Assembly (NCBI GenBank): GCA_051294375.1
Contig: CM119271.1
Span: 3,131,061-3,195,060 of the forward strand
Length of the DNA: 64,000 nucleotides
Origin: Paraspadella gotoi
Lineage: Eukaryota > Animalia > Chaetognatha
Reading direction: 5' to 3'
Shown: piece after piece, positions 1 to 11,706 of the stretch
Numbering within the stretch: position 1 is the stretch's first letter
Layout: the number at the start of each line of letters is the position of its first letter
Translations under genes and position numbers: made by a program
The notes under the pieces: generated by a model
Seen by the model: the letters and a program-made list of their open reading frames with translations, nothing else
What the model was told of the DNA's origin: nothing
Databases searched by the model: none

Positions 1-692
<692 letters not shown>

Positions 693-1232
693 ACGAATTT
701 TTTGTTATGTAGTTTTGTTTTTCTTGTTGTTCCATCGCGCGGATTTCGAAAGGAGATGTCGTGCGGCCCTCGGATCCAGTTAATTTGGGTGAGGAGCATG
801 AAAAGCCCGACCTTGGTCGGGTTGATATAATTTGTTTCGGCGGAGTCGAGACCGAAGCAGTTATCATTTTTGTTGCCGTTGTTTTTGTTGCTGCCATAGT
901 TTGTTGTTTTTAAAATGCCAATGATTTATTTACAAATAATAAAGTGATTTAATACAATTTTACTAGATCACGGCCGACCAGAAGCCCGGATCGTTTTGAA
1001 TCGCCAACTTCATCTTCGTTCCTGTTTGTCATTTTAACATTCAGACTATTTCGAACGATTCCAAATGTGATATTAATTATTTCCACAATTTTACGTATTA
1101 TCTCGATCACCCAAAAGTTTATACAAGTCATATTTATGTGTGTAGTAATTTTATAGCCCAAAGATTTTACTGCAACAACGAAAATAAAGAACTCTAGATC
1201 GCGGCTAGAAAAAAAAATCGAATCGAGCGAAA

Positions 1233-2723
1233 ATGGCTCTCAACGGGTCGCACCACGATACTGGCGGACTCGTCGTTTTTCTCGGCGAGAACATCCTTTG
1301 CTATCACGACGGTGTTGAATTGGACTTTGCCAAAACCGACGTAGCAACCATGGCGAAGGTGAGTGGGCCCGTTGGGGGGTATTTGCTTCTTAAAACGTTT
1401 CTTCTACTTCCTTTTTTCTGCGCCTGTTTGTGTCACCTACTTTCACTTCACTCTCCCCTCCTCCTCCCAGGGCACAAAAAAGGGTCGCGCTTACTTAACG
1501 ACGCATCGCGTGATTTTCGTGACCAAGGACACCCGCGACGCCCTAAAGTCCTTCTCTATGGGCTTCTGCTCCATGAAGAACGTCGAGTTGGAGCAGCCCA
1601 TCTTCGGCGCTAACTACCTGAAGGGCCTCGTCTCCGCCGAACCCGGCGGCAAGTGGACGGGCTGCGCCGAGTTTAAGATACGGTTCAACAAGGGAGGCTG
1701 CATAGAGTTCGGAACGGCGATGCTGAAGGTTTGTTCGTCACGATGGAACCGGTCACGAAACATGAGCGCGAAAGCCCCTTCTCATCGCGAAAATTTACAT
1801 ATCCCAGGCGGCGTCTATGGCCTCCCGATTCACCGGGCCCCAGTTCGCGCCCCCGCCCTACTCTTACGAGAACCAGAACGTGCAACCCGCGCAACCGTCG
1901 ATGTACGTTCCTCCACCGGGAGCGTACGGATGGGTCATGCACGACGAGTATCTTTATCCCCCGCCGACCTCCGGTGAGATTATAACGTACATTATAACAT
2001 ACATATGTATTAAGGCTACAGCCGGGTTGCCAGTGATGCCCATTACTGTTAACTTTGGGGGTTTCCGACCCTCAGTGACGCCTCCAGTCACTGGCGCGGT
2101 TACCCTAGGACAGTCTCGCTTTACCAACGCAGAGGGAAGTCGTAAGGATTGTGGATGGAACACTACGCCTTGGATGGTGTGTTCCCCCTCTGAGCCTATG
2201 GTATTGGCTGAACGATGGTGGATGTAAGGCAGTGTGAATATTCCGCCACAGTATATTATTATATTATAAGCGGGGTTTTTTTTACTATACGTACAATTGT
2301 TGACAAATACGACAATTTTTTTTAGAAAATGTCATAATTTGTTAATATTTTTTCCAGGCGTTTTCTACGCCGACGCTCCTCCTCCGTATCCAGGCATCAA
2401 CGGCGTCACTGGGAACTCGAATTTCGTTCCCAATCAGGCCGGGGCTTATCAGCAGGTGGACAATTTCTAGTATATATTATATTAAAAATCATTTTCGTTG
2501 TGTATGTATTCGATCGCAAGAGCTACCCCAGTTTACTAATTTCATGATATTTGACACCTTGGAAACTACAGAATCTGAAATGTTATAATTTTCTTGACAG
2601 GCTTATTACGACCCTAACTATCCGGGAACGGTCTACGCGCCGCCGCCCTACGCGCCCACGAACCCTAGCGCCCCCCCACAGCCGCCGTCTTACGAATCGG
2701 CCGTCGGCAAGAAGAACGACTGA
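1233..2723 (+). CDS. WBP2: WW domain-binding protein 2 (GRAM-like domain plus PPxY-rich tail), spliced
   Basis: MALN start; GTKKGRAYLTTHRVIF...KNVELEQPIFGANYLKG...FNKGGCIEFG; several PPPY/PPSY motifs; ends KKND*. Confidence 0.92.
2011..2250 (-). mobile_element. Intronic family-A element copy 1 (TGT... terminus, twister-like core)
   Basis: Flanked by 4-bp direct repeat GTAT (2007-2010 / 2251-2254); closely similar to copies at 13302 and 45035; minus strand starts TGTGGCGG. Confidence 0.85.
2048..2128 (-). ncRNA. Type-P5 twister ribozyme-like motif (T2 pseudoknot mutated: AAAC instead of AAGC)
   Basis: Minus strand: GTTGGT aaa GCGA GA CTG TCCTAGGG TAA CCGC GC CAGTGAC..GTCACTG A GGGT CGG AAAC CCCC aaa GTTAAC. 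Confidence 0.65.
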
Positions 2724-3050
2724 ACGAAGAAGCTTCGACTTCTCAATTTCCGCTTTAATTCTAGTCAAGATGCCTCCGAAAAAAATGATTCGCGAACTCT
2801 ATTAGTAGTAATAGCGTTCACCTTTTTGATTAATAAAAAAAACCGCTTTCGTTTTACTTGTATTTATGATTCGCTGGTGAATTTGTAATATTTTTCGTTA
2901 TGATTATTGAAAAAAAAAACCTTACGTAAATGACTTTATCGAAAGGTTTTGTTAAAAAAAATAACCATATTTCTTGATCTTCACTTCGTAGTTTAAAAAA
3001 AACTAAAAAACCCAAAAAATATTTCCAGTTAAGTCACCACAGCTAAGACC

Positions 3051-3786
3051 ATGTCCATTTCGATTGGGGTTCCGGTCAAAGGTAAAGCGAGGATTAAAAA
3101 AAGCTCATTTTTAAGTTAAGAAGAAGTTAAAAAGAGGATTATGCTCTCGGATTCTCGATTCTACACTTGACAGTTCTTCACGAGGCGGAGGGTCACATCG
3201 TGACCGTCGAGACTGCGACCGGTGAAGTTTATCGTGGAAAGTTGATCGAAGCCGAGGACAACATGAATCTTCAAGTGAGAACCCAACGTCGTGTTTCTTT
3301 TTTTTTTTTTTTTTTTGGACAAGGGTTTCAAAATTAACGCGTCTCATTGTCTCAACTTTCTTTGTTCAGATGAAAGACAATACGGTCACTTACAGGGACG
3401 GACGAGTTGCTCAACTAGAATACGTCTACGTACGCGGATCTAAAGTCAGGTTAATATCGGTTTGAACCGTGGTCTGTTATTTAAAAATATAAGATAACTT
3501 AACCATTGAATAAGTCACATCATATAAAATCAATGAAATTATCCATTCTAGGTTCCTCATTTTACCCGACATGCTGAAGAACGCCCCGATGTTCAAGCAA
3601 AAGACGCGGGGCGGCGGCGCCGGTCGCGGCAAGTCCGCCATCCTCCGCGCCCAAGCTGGCCGCGGGGGGCGGGGACGTGGATTCGTCAGGGGAAGGGGCG
3701 GTTTCGATAGAGGGCGCGGGGGCGGTTTCGACAGAGGGCGCGGGGGCGGCAGAGGAGGTTTCGACCGCGGACGGGGTGGTTATTGA
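3051..3786 (+). CDS. SNRPD3: Small nuclear ribonucleoprotein Sm D3, spliced
   Basis: [38 protein letters not shown]...[24 protein letters not shown] plus RG-rich tail. Confidence 0.97.
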
Positions 3787-4123
3787 CTCGTTACTCGCGC
3801 TTGATCAGTTATTTCTTCTCTTTTTCGTCGCTGCTACTGGATACCTCGCTCATTTTGTATCTGCCAGTTTTGTTTTTTTTTTCCGTTATTTGTTAAATTC
3901 GTTTTTGTTTTTCTTTGACAATCGTTGATTTTTTTATTTTTATTAATAAAGGTCAAATAAATCCTCCAAGAATAACTAATTTTACATTGCACTGTTGACT
4001 CATTGGACTTGTAGGAGTAGTGGTCGTCGTCCCCGAGTTGTCAGATAAATCCCAATAAAAAAAAATAAAAAATAAAATAAAATAAAATAAAATAAAATAA
4101 ATTTTTAAAATTTTTTTAAAAAA

Positions 4124-5514
4124 ATGTCGGAACAATCTGCCATCTCTGTTCTCAAACGGGCAACTGATCTCGACTCTCAGAACCGACTCGCAGAGGCGCT
4201 CGTCTGCTATCAGGAGGGGATTCAATTGCTGATACTTTGCATTAGAGGTACGGTGTGGTTCGATCAAGGGATCCGACCTTGATTTCGGTTGACGAATTAT
4301 AGACCCGAGAAAAAAACTTAGGAAGTACAATTCGATCCGCCATCGCTGTTTATTTATTAAATTATGTTTATGATAAACATTGATATTCTATACTATAGAT
4401 GAGAAAGAAGAGACAAAAAAATCGGCTTTCAAGCAGAAAGCTGAACAATACATGGAACGAGCGGAAAAGCTGAAAATTTACGTAGCTCATCAAAAAGAAG
4501 TTGCGAAAAAACACACTCAGGTGAGTCGAAGCTCTTTTTAATTGGCAATGGTCATTGGTCGGTCAATCAGCTTTGTTTATAACCCCCCATCACCAAAAAT
4601 AAAAAATGACAATTGAGGATCGTGAAAATAGGTGACTATCGAGAACGATTCTACAGGATGGTCGTACGACCGAATCTTTCGATCTTGCCTCGACGAATTC
4701 GTCACGGAAATCTCCGTGCAAGATCCTTACATCCGGGCCCACCATCAAATTTCCAACTTTCTCAGGTCGAGATTTAGGCTTAATATGCGTTTGTTAAATA
4801 TCGTCGTCTTGAGTGTTAGATCTTTGACCAAAGACCCGATCCTTGTACCAGCGGCCAAGTTAATGTTCACTTAATACTTATCACCTGTTGTGAAAAGTGT
4901 TGGACACAAACATTTGGATCTGTTTTATATTTATTTGTACTTAAGTGTACCTTTCGATCAATAGAATCAATCATTGATCATAAAATCAAATCTACTCGTG
5001 AAAAAAGCGATTTTATCTTTTTTCGAAACGAAAATTCGCTTTTTCGGTGACACACATTCACAACTCGAATCAAAACTCCCGCTCTCAGATTCTGCGAACT
5101 CGTGGTCGTCAGCTGTCAGCGGTTGAAGAGGATCCGTCTCAAAACCGGCGCCGGCGATTCCCCGCAGGAGAATCAGCAGCGCCGCCAAAAATTGCTGGAA
5201 TTGACGGCGTCGCTCGCAGGCGCCGAGGTCAAGCTCGAGGTCGAGTACGACCAAGTCATTCACGATCGGGAAATTCGGTTCGACAACGGATGGATCGTCA
5301 AGATCGGCAGGGGGCTTGATATTTTTAAAGGTTTTTTTTTTATGTGGCAGTGGATAGGGGGACGATCTTGGTGGATGGGTTGAATAGAACAATCTCTTTA
5401 TTATTTTCAGCTCCCGATGGAAAGTTCGCTTTGGGACAGTACAGAATGGAATTGCGAAAAACTCACTGCACGACCGTCGATGTCTTTCATCGAGATTACA
5501 CGAAAATTACCTGA
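4124..5514 (+). CDS. MITD1: MIT domain-containing protein 1 (MIT plus PLD-like domain), spliced
   Basis: AISVLKRA..LD...ALVCYQEGIQLL (MIT domain); IENDSTGWSYDRIF, VQDPYIRAHHQISNFLRFCEL, IHDREIRFDNGWIVKIGRGLDIF. Confidence 0.93.
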
Positions 5515-5717
5515 AGCAACTCTCGTTTACTAATTTTTTATACTTGTATTTGATTTATTTTTATTGGAGTAGTTTTGTAGAAAAAAATGCCCATACGTTT
5601 TAATCATTATCAGTGATCTCCGCTGGGCAGAGGTACTGTTCGTTATGCGTTTGTTTGTTTTTTAGTACGACCTACGGATGACAAGTCGAGGGGAAAAAAA
5701 TAATTAAAACAATAACG

Positions 5718-7576
5718 ATGGCCGGTTCCTCTGCCGGTTCTCAGATTTTCCGATGCCGAAAAAATTTTAATTTGGAGGCGGGGAAATTCGTCTTCCATCC
5801 CGGTCACATGGCCAAGGGGATGACCAAGATGCAGGGTCACTTGCGCAATGTCGACTGCTTCTTGGAAGTGCACGACGCCCGCATTCCCTTCTCCGGTCGG
5901 AATCCCGCCTTCTTCCGCAAACTCACCGCCATTCGACCTCACGTCCTCGTCCTCAACAAGATGGACCTCAGCGATACGTCGAGTACGGAGAGAGTGATTT
6001 AAAAAAGGGTACAAAGCTAAAACGCTAAAAAACGCTTAGATCTTGATACTAATATTATTTCTACTATCAAGTGATAACATAACTCCAACCTAACATTGTC
6101 ATATTATTAATTACCCATTAACTCTCTCCCCAGACATGGAAGAAGTGAAGGGTTTCTTGATGGAAAGCGAGCCTCACTTGGCTGACGTGATTTGGACCGA
6201 CTCGAAGATTCAGTATCACCAATCCATAAAGGCAATCGTGCCCTTGGTCCACGATGCCATCGAAAGAAAGGCCATCCACAAACCGAGATCCGATATCAAC
6301 ATTATGGTACTCGGAGTTCCTAACACTGGTGGGTCCGTAATTTGGACTTAAGTAGTTATTTTTATTGTATTTAATGTTTGTTATATTTGTAGCGGTAGTA
6401 TTTCATACCCTGCTACTCGTCCGAGAATCAGCAGCGATGGTCGAGGGCAGAGGTGTGTTAACATGCCCGGGCAGAGGTGTATTAACGTGCCAGCGTGTTC
6501 GTGTGGGCTCACCATTGTGGAAGACGATGCCGCGAGCAGTTTACCGTCCGTTGCACACAAGGTCCCGAACTTCGGATCGGGCTGTAGTCCGACACTACAG
6601 GTGGGTTAGACGCCCCGTCCCGCTTTTACTTGTGTGAATCAGCAGGGCGCGAACCCGAGTCCTTAGGGTTGGGAGGAGCTCGTGCTACCTCCGGCGAGTA
6701 GCAGGGTATGAAATACTACCGCTTCATATTATTATTTTTTTCCTCCCTCGTGTCGTTTAAAAATGACACTTACAATCTTCTCTGTCCTCCACTTGTACAG
6801 GCAAGTCTTCCGTCATCAACGCACTGCGCAGAGTGAACGTACGTCGGGGCAACGTGGCTCCCGTGGCGGATCACGCGGGCGTCACCCGCGCCGTGCAGGA
6901 GCGGATAAAACTGAGCGACGACCCGCCAACGTTCATGCTCGACACTCCGGGGATAACGGAGCCCAATGTGGCCGACGTCGGTGCGGTCGAACGGGGAAGG
7001 GAGAAAAGGGTCCATGATTTCTCTCACTCATATCCACAATTTTGATCATTGTTTTTTACGAACAGAAACGGGGATGAGACTCGCGACGTGCGCCTGTTAC
7101 AAGGACAATCTTATCGGGGAAATAACCATCGCCGATTACATTTTGTTTTTCATGAATAAAAGGTGAGCGGCGCTGATTTATTAATCGAGGGCCTGCTAAT
7201 ACAGTACATGTGTCTATATCGAATTTATTTATACAGAGGAATGTTCCAATACGTAGATAGTTTTGGTCTCGACGGCCCGACCGATGACATTTTCGTTCTT
7301 CTCAAAATCATCGCTAAATCGATGAAATTCTCGTAAGTCTTCAATGAACTGATACTTATTAAATAAACTTAATAATACCCCTATTTTAAAATCTACATCA
7401 GAATTAAAACGCGGGACCTCAGCAGCGGCGCCGCCGTTAAAATGAAGTACAATCTTCACGCGGCTGCGTTGGTGTTTATAAAACAATTTAGGATCGGAAC
7501 TTTGGGCACCATGTTTATGGACGATGACAAACTCTTGGAGAGGAAACAAAAACGCGTCGAGTTGATCGCCGGTTAA
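5718..7576 (+). CDS. MTG1: Mitochondrial ribosome-associated GTPase 1 (RbgA/YlqF family), spliced
   Basis: HPGHMAKGM...[14 protein letters not shown]...LVLNKMDL; [14 protein letters not shown]; GVTRAV; LDTPGI. Confidence 0.93.
6388..6726 (-). mobile_element. MITE-like element B in MTG1 intron: 32-bp TIRs, TGT...TCA ends, 4-bp TSD, tRNA-like head plus twister
   Basis: TIR TGTAGCGGTAGTATTTCATACCCTGCTACTCG (6388-6419) matches 6695-6726 with 1 mismatch; TATT duplicated at 6384-6387 and 6727-6730; B-box-like GGTTCGCGCCC on the minus strand at 6645-6655. Confidence 0.9.
6554..6636 (-). ncRNA. Type-P5 twister ribozyme-like motif (family B)
   Basis: Minus strand: CACACAAG taaaa GCGG GA CGG GGCGTC TAA CCC AC CTGTAGT gtcgg ACTACAG CCCGA T CCG AA GT TCGGG ac CTTGTGTG; T1 CGG/CCG and T2 AC/GT both pair. 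Confidence 0.75.
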
Positions 7577-7835
7577 AAGAGGCGTTGTTAACCTGTTATT
7601 TATAAATTTTAATTAGTTGATATATTTTTCTTTTTTAAAAGCGTCAGTGATGATAATAAAAAGAAATGATTCCGATGAAACCGAGGGTAACGATTCGGAG
7701 ACGAATCTTGTTGGAAGTTGATTTATAAAAGAAAAAAAAAAGAAAAATTTAAAACGCAATTATTTGGAACGTCGGTTGTTGTTATTGTTGTTAATTGGCT
7801 CGGCGTGAGAGGGGGGATCGGCGCTCGGGTCGATC

Positions 7836-8648
7836 ATGTCGTCGCCATCGCCGGGAAAACGGCGAATGGACACGGACGTCGTCAAACTCATCGAGAGCAA
7901 ACACGAGGTCACCATTTTAGGTCAGTGCTCTCGTTTTAACTTCTATAAAGCGGGGAATGTTATGGAATGTTTCTCGCTTTGCTTTTGCGCTCTCTCACTG
8001 CGGCTCTCTCCAGGCGGTCTCAACGAATTTGTGGTCAAGTTTTTCGGCCCCTCGACGACACCCTACGAGGGTGGGGTGTGGAAGGTCAGAGTGGAGCTCC
8101 CCGATCGGTATCCTTTCAAATCTCCCAGCATCGGCTTTCTCAACAAAGTCTATCACCCTAACATTGACGAAGCCTCAGGTTGGCGCTCGTCGAGACAATA
8201 CTATTTGTATATTTTTTTTTCACCAATCTCGTCACTTAAGGCACGGTGTGTCTTGACGTCATTAACCAAACGTGGACGCCGCTCTACGACCTCACCAACA
8301 TCTTCGAAACCTTTCTGCCTCAACTTTTGACTTACCCCAATCCCATCGATCCGCTCAATGGCGACGCGGCTGCGCTTTATCTCCATCAACCAGGTTGAAG
8401 GAAATATGACGACGCTCGGTCAACGGGATCAGTCCTTTTATGTAGCTTGTCCTTTTATGTAGCTTGTCCTTTTATGTAGCTTGTCCTTTTGTTTTCTCCA
8501 TAAAGAGGAATTCAAGAAGAAGGTGGTGGAATACGTGAAGCGGTTTGCGACGGAAGAGGCGCTCAAGGAAGCGGAAAAATCGCGCTCCTCGTCCGAATCC
8601 TCGATGAGCGACTTTAGTGAGAACGAGACCGAGGGAATGGAACTCTGA
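7836..8648 (+). CDS. UBE2H: Ubiquitin-conjugating enzyme E2 H, spliced
   Basis: [88 protein letters not shown]. Confidence 0.98.
8432..8490. repeat. 17-bp tandem repeat (CCTTTTATGTAGCTTGT) x3+ in UBE2H intron
   Basis: Three perfect tandem units visible directly. Confidence 0.9.
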
Positions 8649-8987
8649 TCTATTCGATTTGGTTTTTTTTTGGGGGGAGGGCTTAACAAAGTCAACGTGT
8701 GATAATTTTCTCTCGTTTTTATTTCGACTTCAATTCGTTTCTTTTCGATCCGTCGCCATGCTTTTTTTTTTTTTGCCTTATCCGAGATTGGCCGCGATCG
8801 AGATCTTTACGAATGTTTTTATAATTTTCTCGTTTTGTGATATTTATCCCTGAAACTGTTAGTCGCATCGACTGTCTTTTTTTTTAAATTGCTCATTTAT
8901 TTGTCTCTCTCAAATGCTCGGCTACTTTTGCAGGCACCGACTTTCATGGGTTTTAATTAGTTGTTAGTCACTAAACAAAAACAAAAA

Positions 8988-10235
8988 ATGGACAAAACTG
9001 TGACGCTCAACAACGGGACGGAGATGCCCGTTGTGGGCCTCGGCCTCTTCAAAGTGACTTCATCCGAGATGGGCTTGGCCGTCTCTACGGCGCTCGACGC
9101 CGGCTATCGCCTCTTCGACACAGCGCAGGTCTATCGAAACGAGCGTCATCTCGCCGACGCATTGGCGGAACGCAGCGCCACGACGCCCGCGCCTTTCATC
9201 ACTTCCAAACTCGATCCTCGAAACCAAGGTTACTCCTCTACCAAGGAGGCGCTGTCTTCGTCCCTCGAGAATCTTCGCCGCGAACGCGTGGACCTCTACC
9301 TCATTCATTGGCCGGGGTCGTCGGGTTTGAAGGCGGAGGACGAGCGGAACGCGGAGAATCGACGAGGGAGTTGGGAGGCGTTGGAGGAGGCGCATCGAGA
9401 AGGGCGCAAGGTCGGAGGTAAGGGCTTTGGCAAATTGTTATTCATTATTGTCGATCATATCGTTTCATCCATCATTCCCAGCCATCGGAGTTTCCAATTT
9501 TCTCCCTCGACACCTTCGCCCGCTCCTCGAATCGTGTTCGGTGCGACCGGCGGTGCTGCAGTCCGAATTCCACCCTCACCTTTTCCAGAAAGACCTTCTT
9601 CACTTTTGTCGCGAGAACAAGATCGCGTTTCAGGTGCCCATTTACGGAAGGAGTGGGAACGTCTGTCCTATCGTCTTTCTGTTTAAGCCCATTTAAATAT
9701 TTACAGAACAAACAAAAGTTTTAAATTTTCCATTGCATTGATGGTTAAATGACCAGAAATATGAAAGAGTATTGTTTGAAGCGCAACGATGTTGATTGTT
9801 CATTTAACCAGGCCTACTCCTCCTTGGGCACGTCGTCTCCCTCGAACCGCCTTCTCGACGACTCGACAGTCGCCGCCGTCGCCAAAAAGTACGAGAGAAC
9901 CCCGGCGCAGGTTCTGCTCAAGTTCGCGCTGCAGGTAAGGTGCGCACTGAAAGCGAGGGTAGGGCAACGCGAGAGAGAAGCTCGATTGTATATTGTACAG
10001 TGAATTTTTTTGTTTTATTTTTGTTTAATTTCGTTTGTTTACGATTCTCTTGTCCCCCCCCTTTTGCGTTCCCCATCAGCACGACGCGCTCGTCATCCCG
10101 AAGGCCTCGAAGCCGCATCACGTTGTCGAGAACGCAAGACTTTTCGATTTTGAGATCTCCGCCGAGGATTTGGAAAAGATGGAGGCCTTGAATCAAAACT
10201 CGCATTATTGTTGGAATCCCGAGACTGTGAAATGA
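8988..10235 (+). CDS. Aldo-keto reductase family protein, spliced
   Basis: LNNGTEMPVVGLG; GYRLFDTAQVYRNE; FITSKL; VDLYLIHWP; AIGVSNF; QSEFHP; VIPKAS. Confidence 0.93.
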
Positions 10236-10486
10236 AGAGTACTAGTGCTAGTTTTGTTTTCGATAATGTTTTTGTAGTACTATTTACGTTTGTACTATAT
10301 ACATATACATTTGGGGGCATTTCAAAAATGTTTTCAAACTTTGTTTTTTATGAATATGTTCAAACGAATGAGCAGTCAATTCTGTGATGTAATATTTTGT
10401 AATAAATTTTCTCAGGGTTATTGTTTTTGTTATCTCTCCACCCAGTAACACAGTTGATTCCAGCGCTAAAATCAACGCAGAAAAAA

Positions 10487-11442
10487 ATGTCAACTCTTCG
10501 ACTGCAGAAGCGTCTCGCCGCAGACGTGCTCAAATGCGGCAGAAACAAAGTGTGGATGGACCCCAACGAGATCAATGAGATCTCAAACGCCAACTCGAGA
10601 CAGGTACAGATCGGCTCCTTCTCGATGTCAAACTGTAGATCATAGATCGTGAATAGAAAATTTAAAAAAAAACTGTTTTCTTTTCCTTTTTCCCCCCTTG
10701 AACGTAATAAGAATGTGAGACGACTGATCAAGAACGGGCTGATCATTCAAAAGCCGCAAACCGTTCATTCGAGAGCGAGAACCCGCAAAAACGCTTTGGC
10801 CAGGAGGTACGACCCTTTTAAATATTTTTTTTTCCGTGGCCTTATTTTTATCATTGTCGTTGAACGATCCTTTTCTCAGAAAGGGTCGCCACTCCGGACC
10901 CGGAAAGCGGAAGGGAACCGCCAACGCGCGGATGCCGGTGAAGGTTTTGTGGATGCGGCGCATGCGCGTGCTGAGGCGTCTCTTGAAAAAGTATCGAGAG
11001 AATAAGAAGATCGATAGGCATTTGTATCACGAACTGTACGTCAAGTGCAAGGTTAGTCTCGTTAGAATAGAATAATAATAATAATCATAATGATAAAAAA
11101 ATCTTAGCTCTCCATCCCTTTGTTTTAAACGCTCCTAAAATCAGGGCAACGTTTTCAAGAATAAGCGAGTTCTAATGGAATTCATTCACAAACGAAAGGC
11201 CGAGACGTTGCGTTCCAAACAGCTCGCCGACCAGGCCGAAGCGAGAAGGAACAAGAACAAGGAGGCCCGCAGGAGAAGGCAAAGAAAAAGAGAGAGAGAG
11301 AGAGTTACAAAGAGGAAATATTTAAATATATAATATTAATAATATTTTGTTTTACTTTGACGCTTTCAGGGAAGAGAGGTTGGCGGCGAAAAAGGCGGAA
11401 AGCCAGAAGATTCACGCCAAGGAGGACGCCGCCTCCAAATAA
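10487..11442 (+). CDS. RPL19: 60S ribosomal protein L19 (eL19), spliced
   Basis: [39 protein letters not shown]...[19 protein letters not shown]...[15 protein letters not shown]. Confidence 0.98.
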
Positions 11443-11706
11443 AAAGAAAAGAAAAGAAAAGAAAAGAAAAAAGAACTTCGATTATTGTGTATTTTTGGAT
11501 ATAATCACGACTTCTGCGATCAGTTGACAATATTTTTTTTTTCTGAGAATTCTTTGCTTTGTCATTTAGAGTCAACCTTTGTTTTATAGCAGCGTTGTTC
11601 AACTGTGATACTTCGCGCTGTGATATAAACAAAAGCGCATCTTGACGCGACCTTTTTTAAACATATAAGAAAAACAATCTTGAGATCCGAGCAACTTTGA
11701 TTGAAG

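Noticed and set aside
1817-2227. Peptide [10 protein letters not shown]...GAVT shared between ORFs at 1817 and 44820
   Set aside because: Read-through into copies of the same intronic repeat, not a protein domain.
6643-6700. Functional tRNA gene
   Set aside because: Only A/B-box-like and anticodon-arm-like remnants; no complete acceptor stem, and it is embedded in a TIR element. The same applies to 25850-25910.
8432-8490. CRISPR-like array
   Set aside because: Head-to-tail repeats without spacers in a eukaryotic intron.
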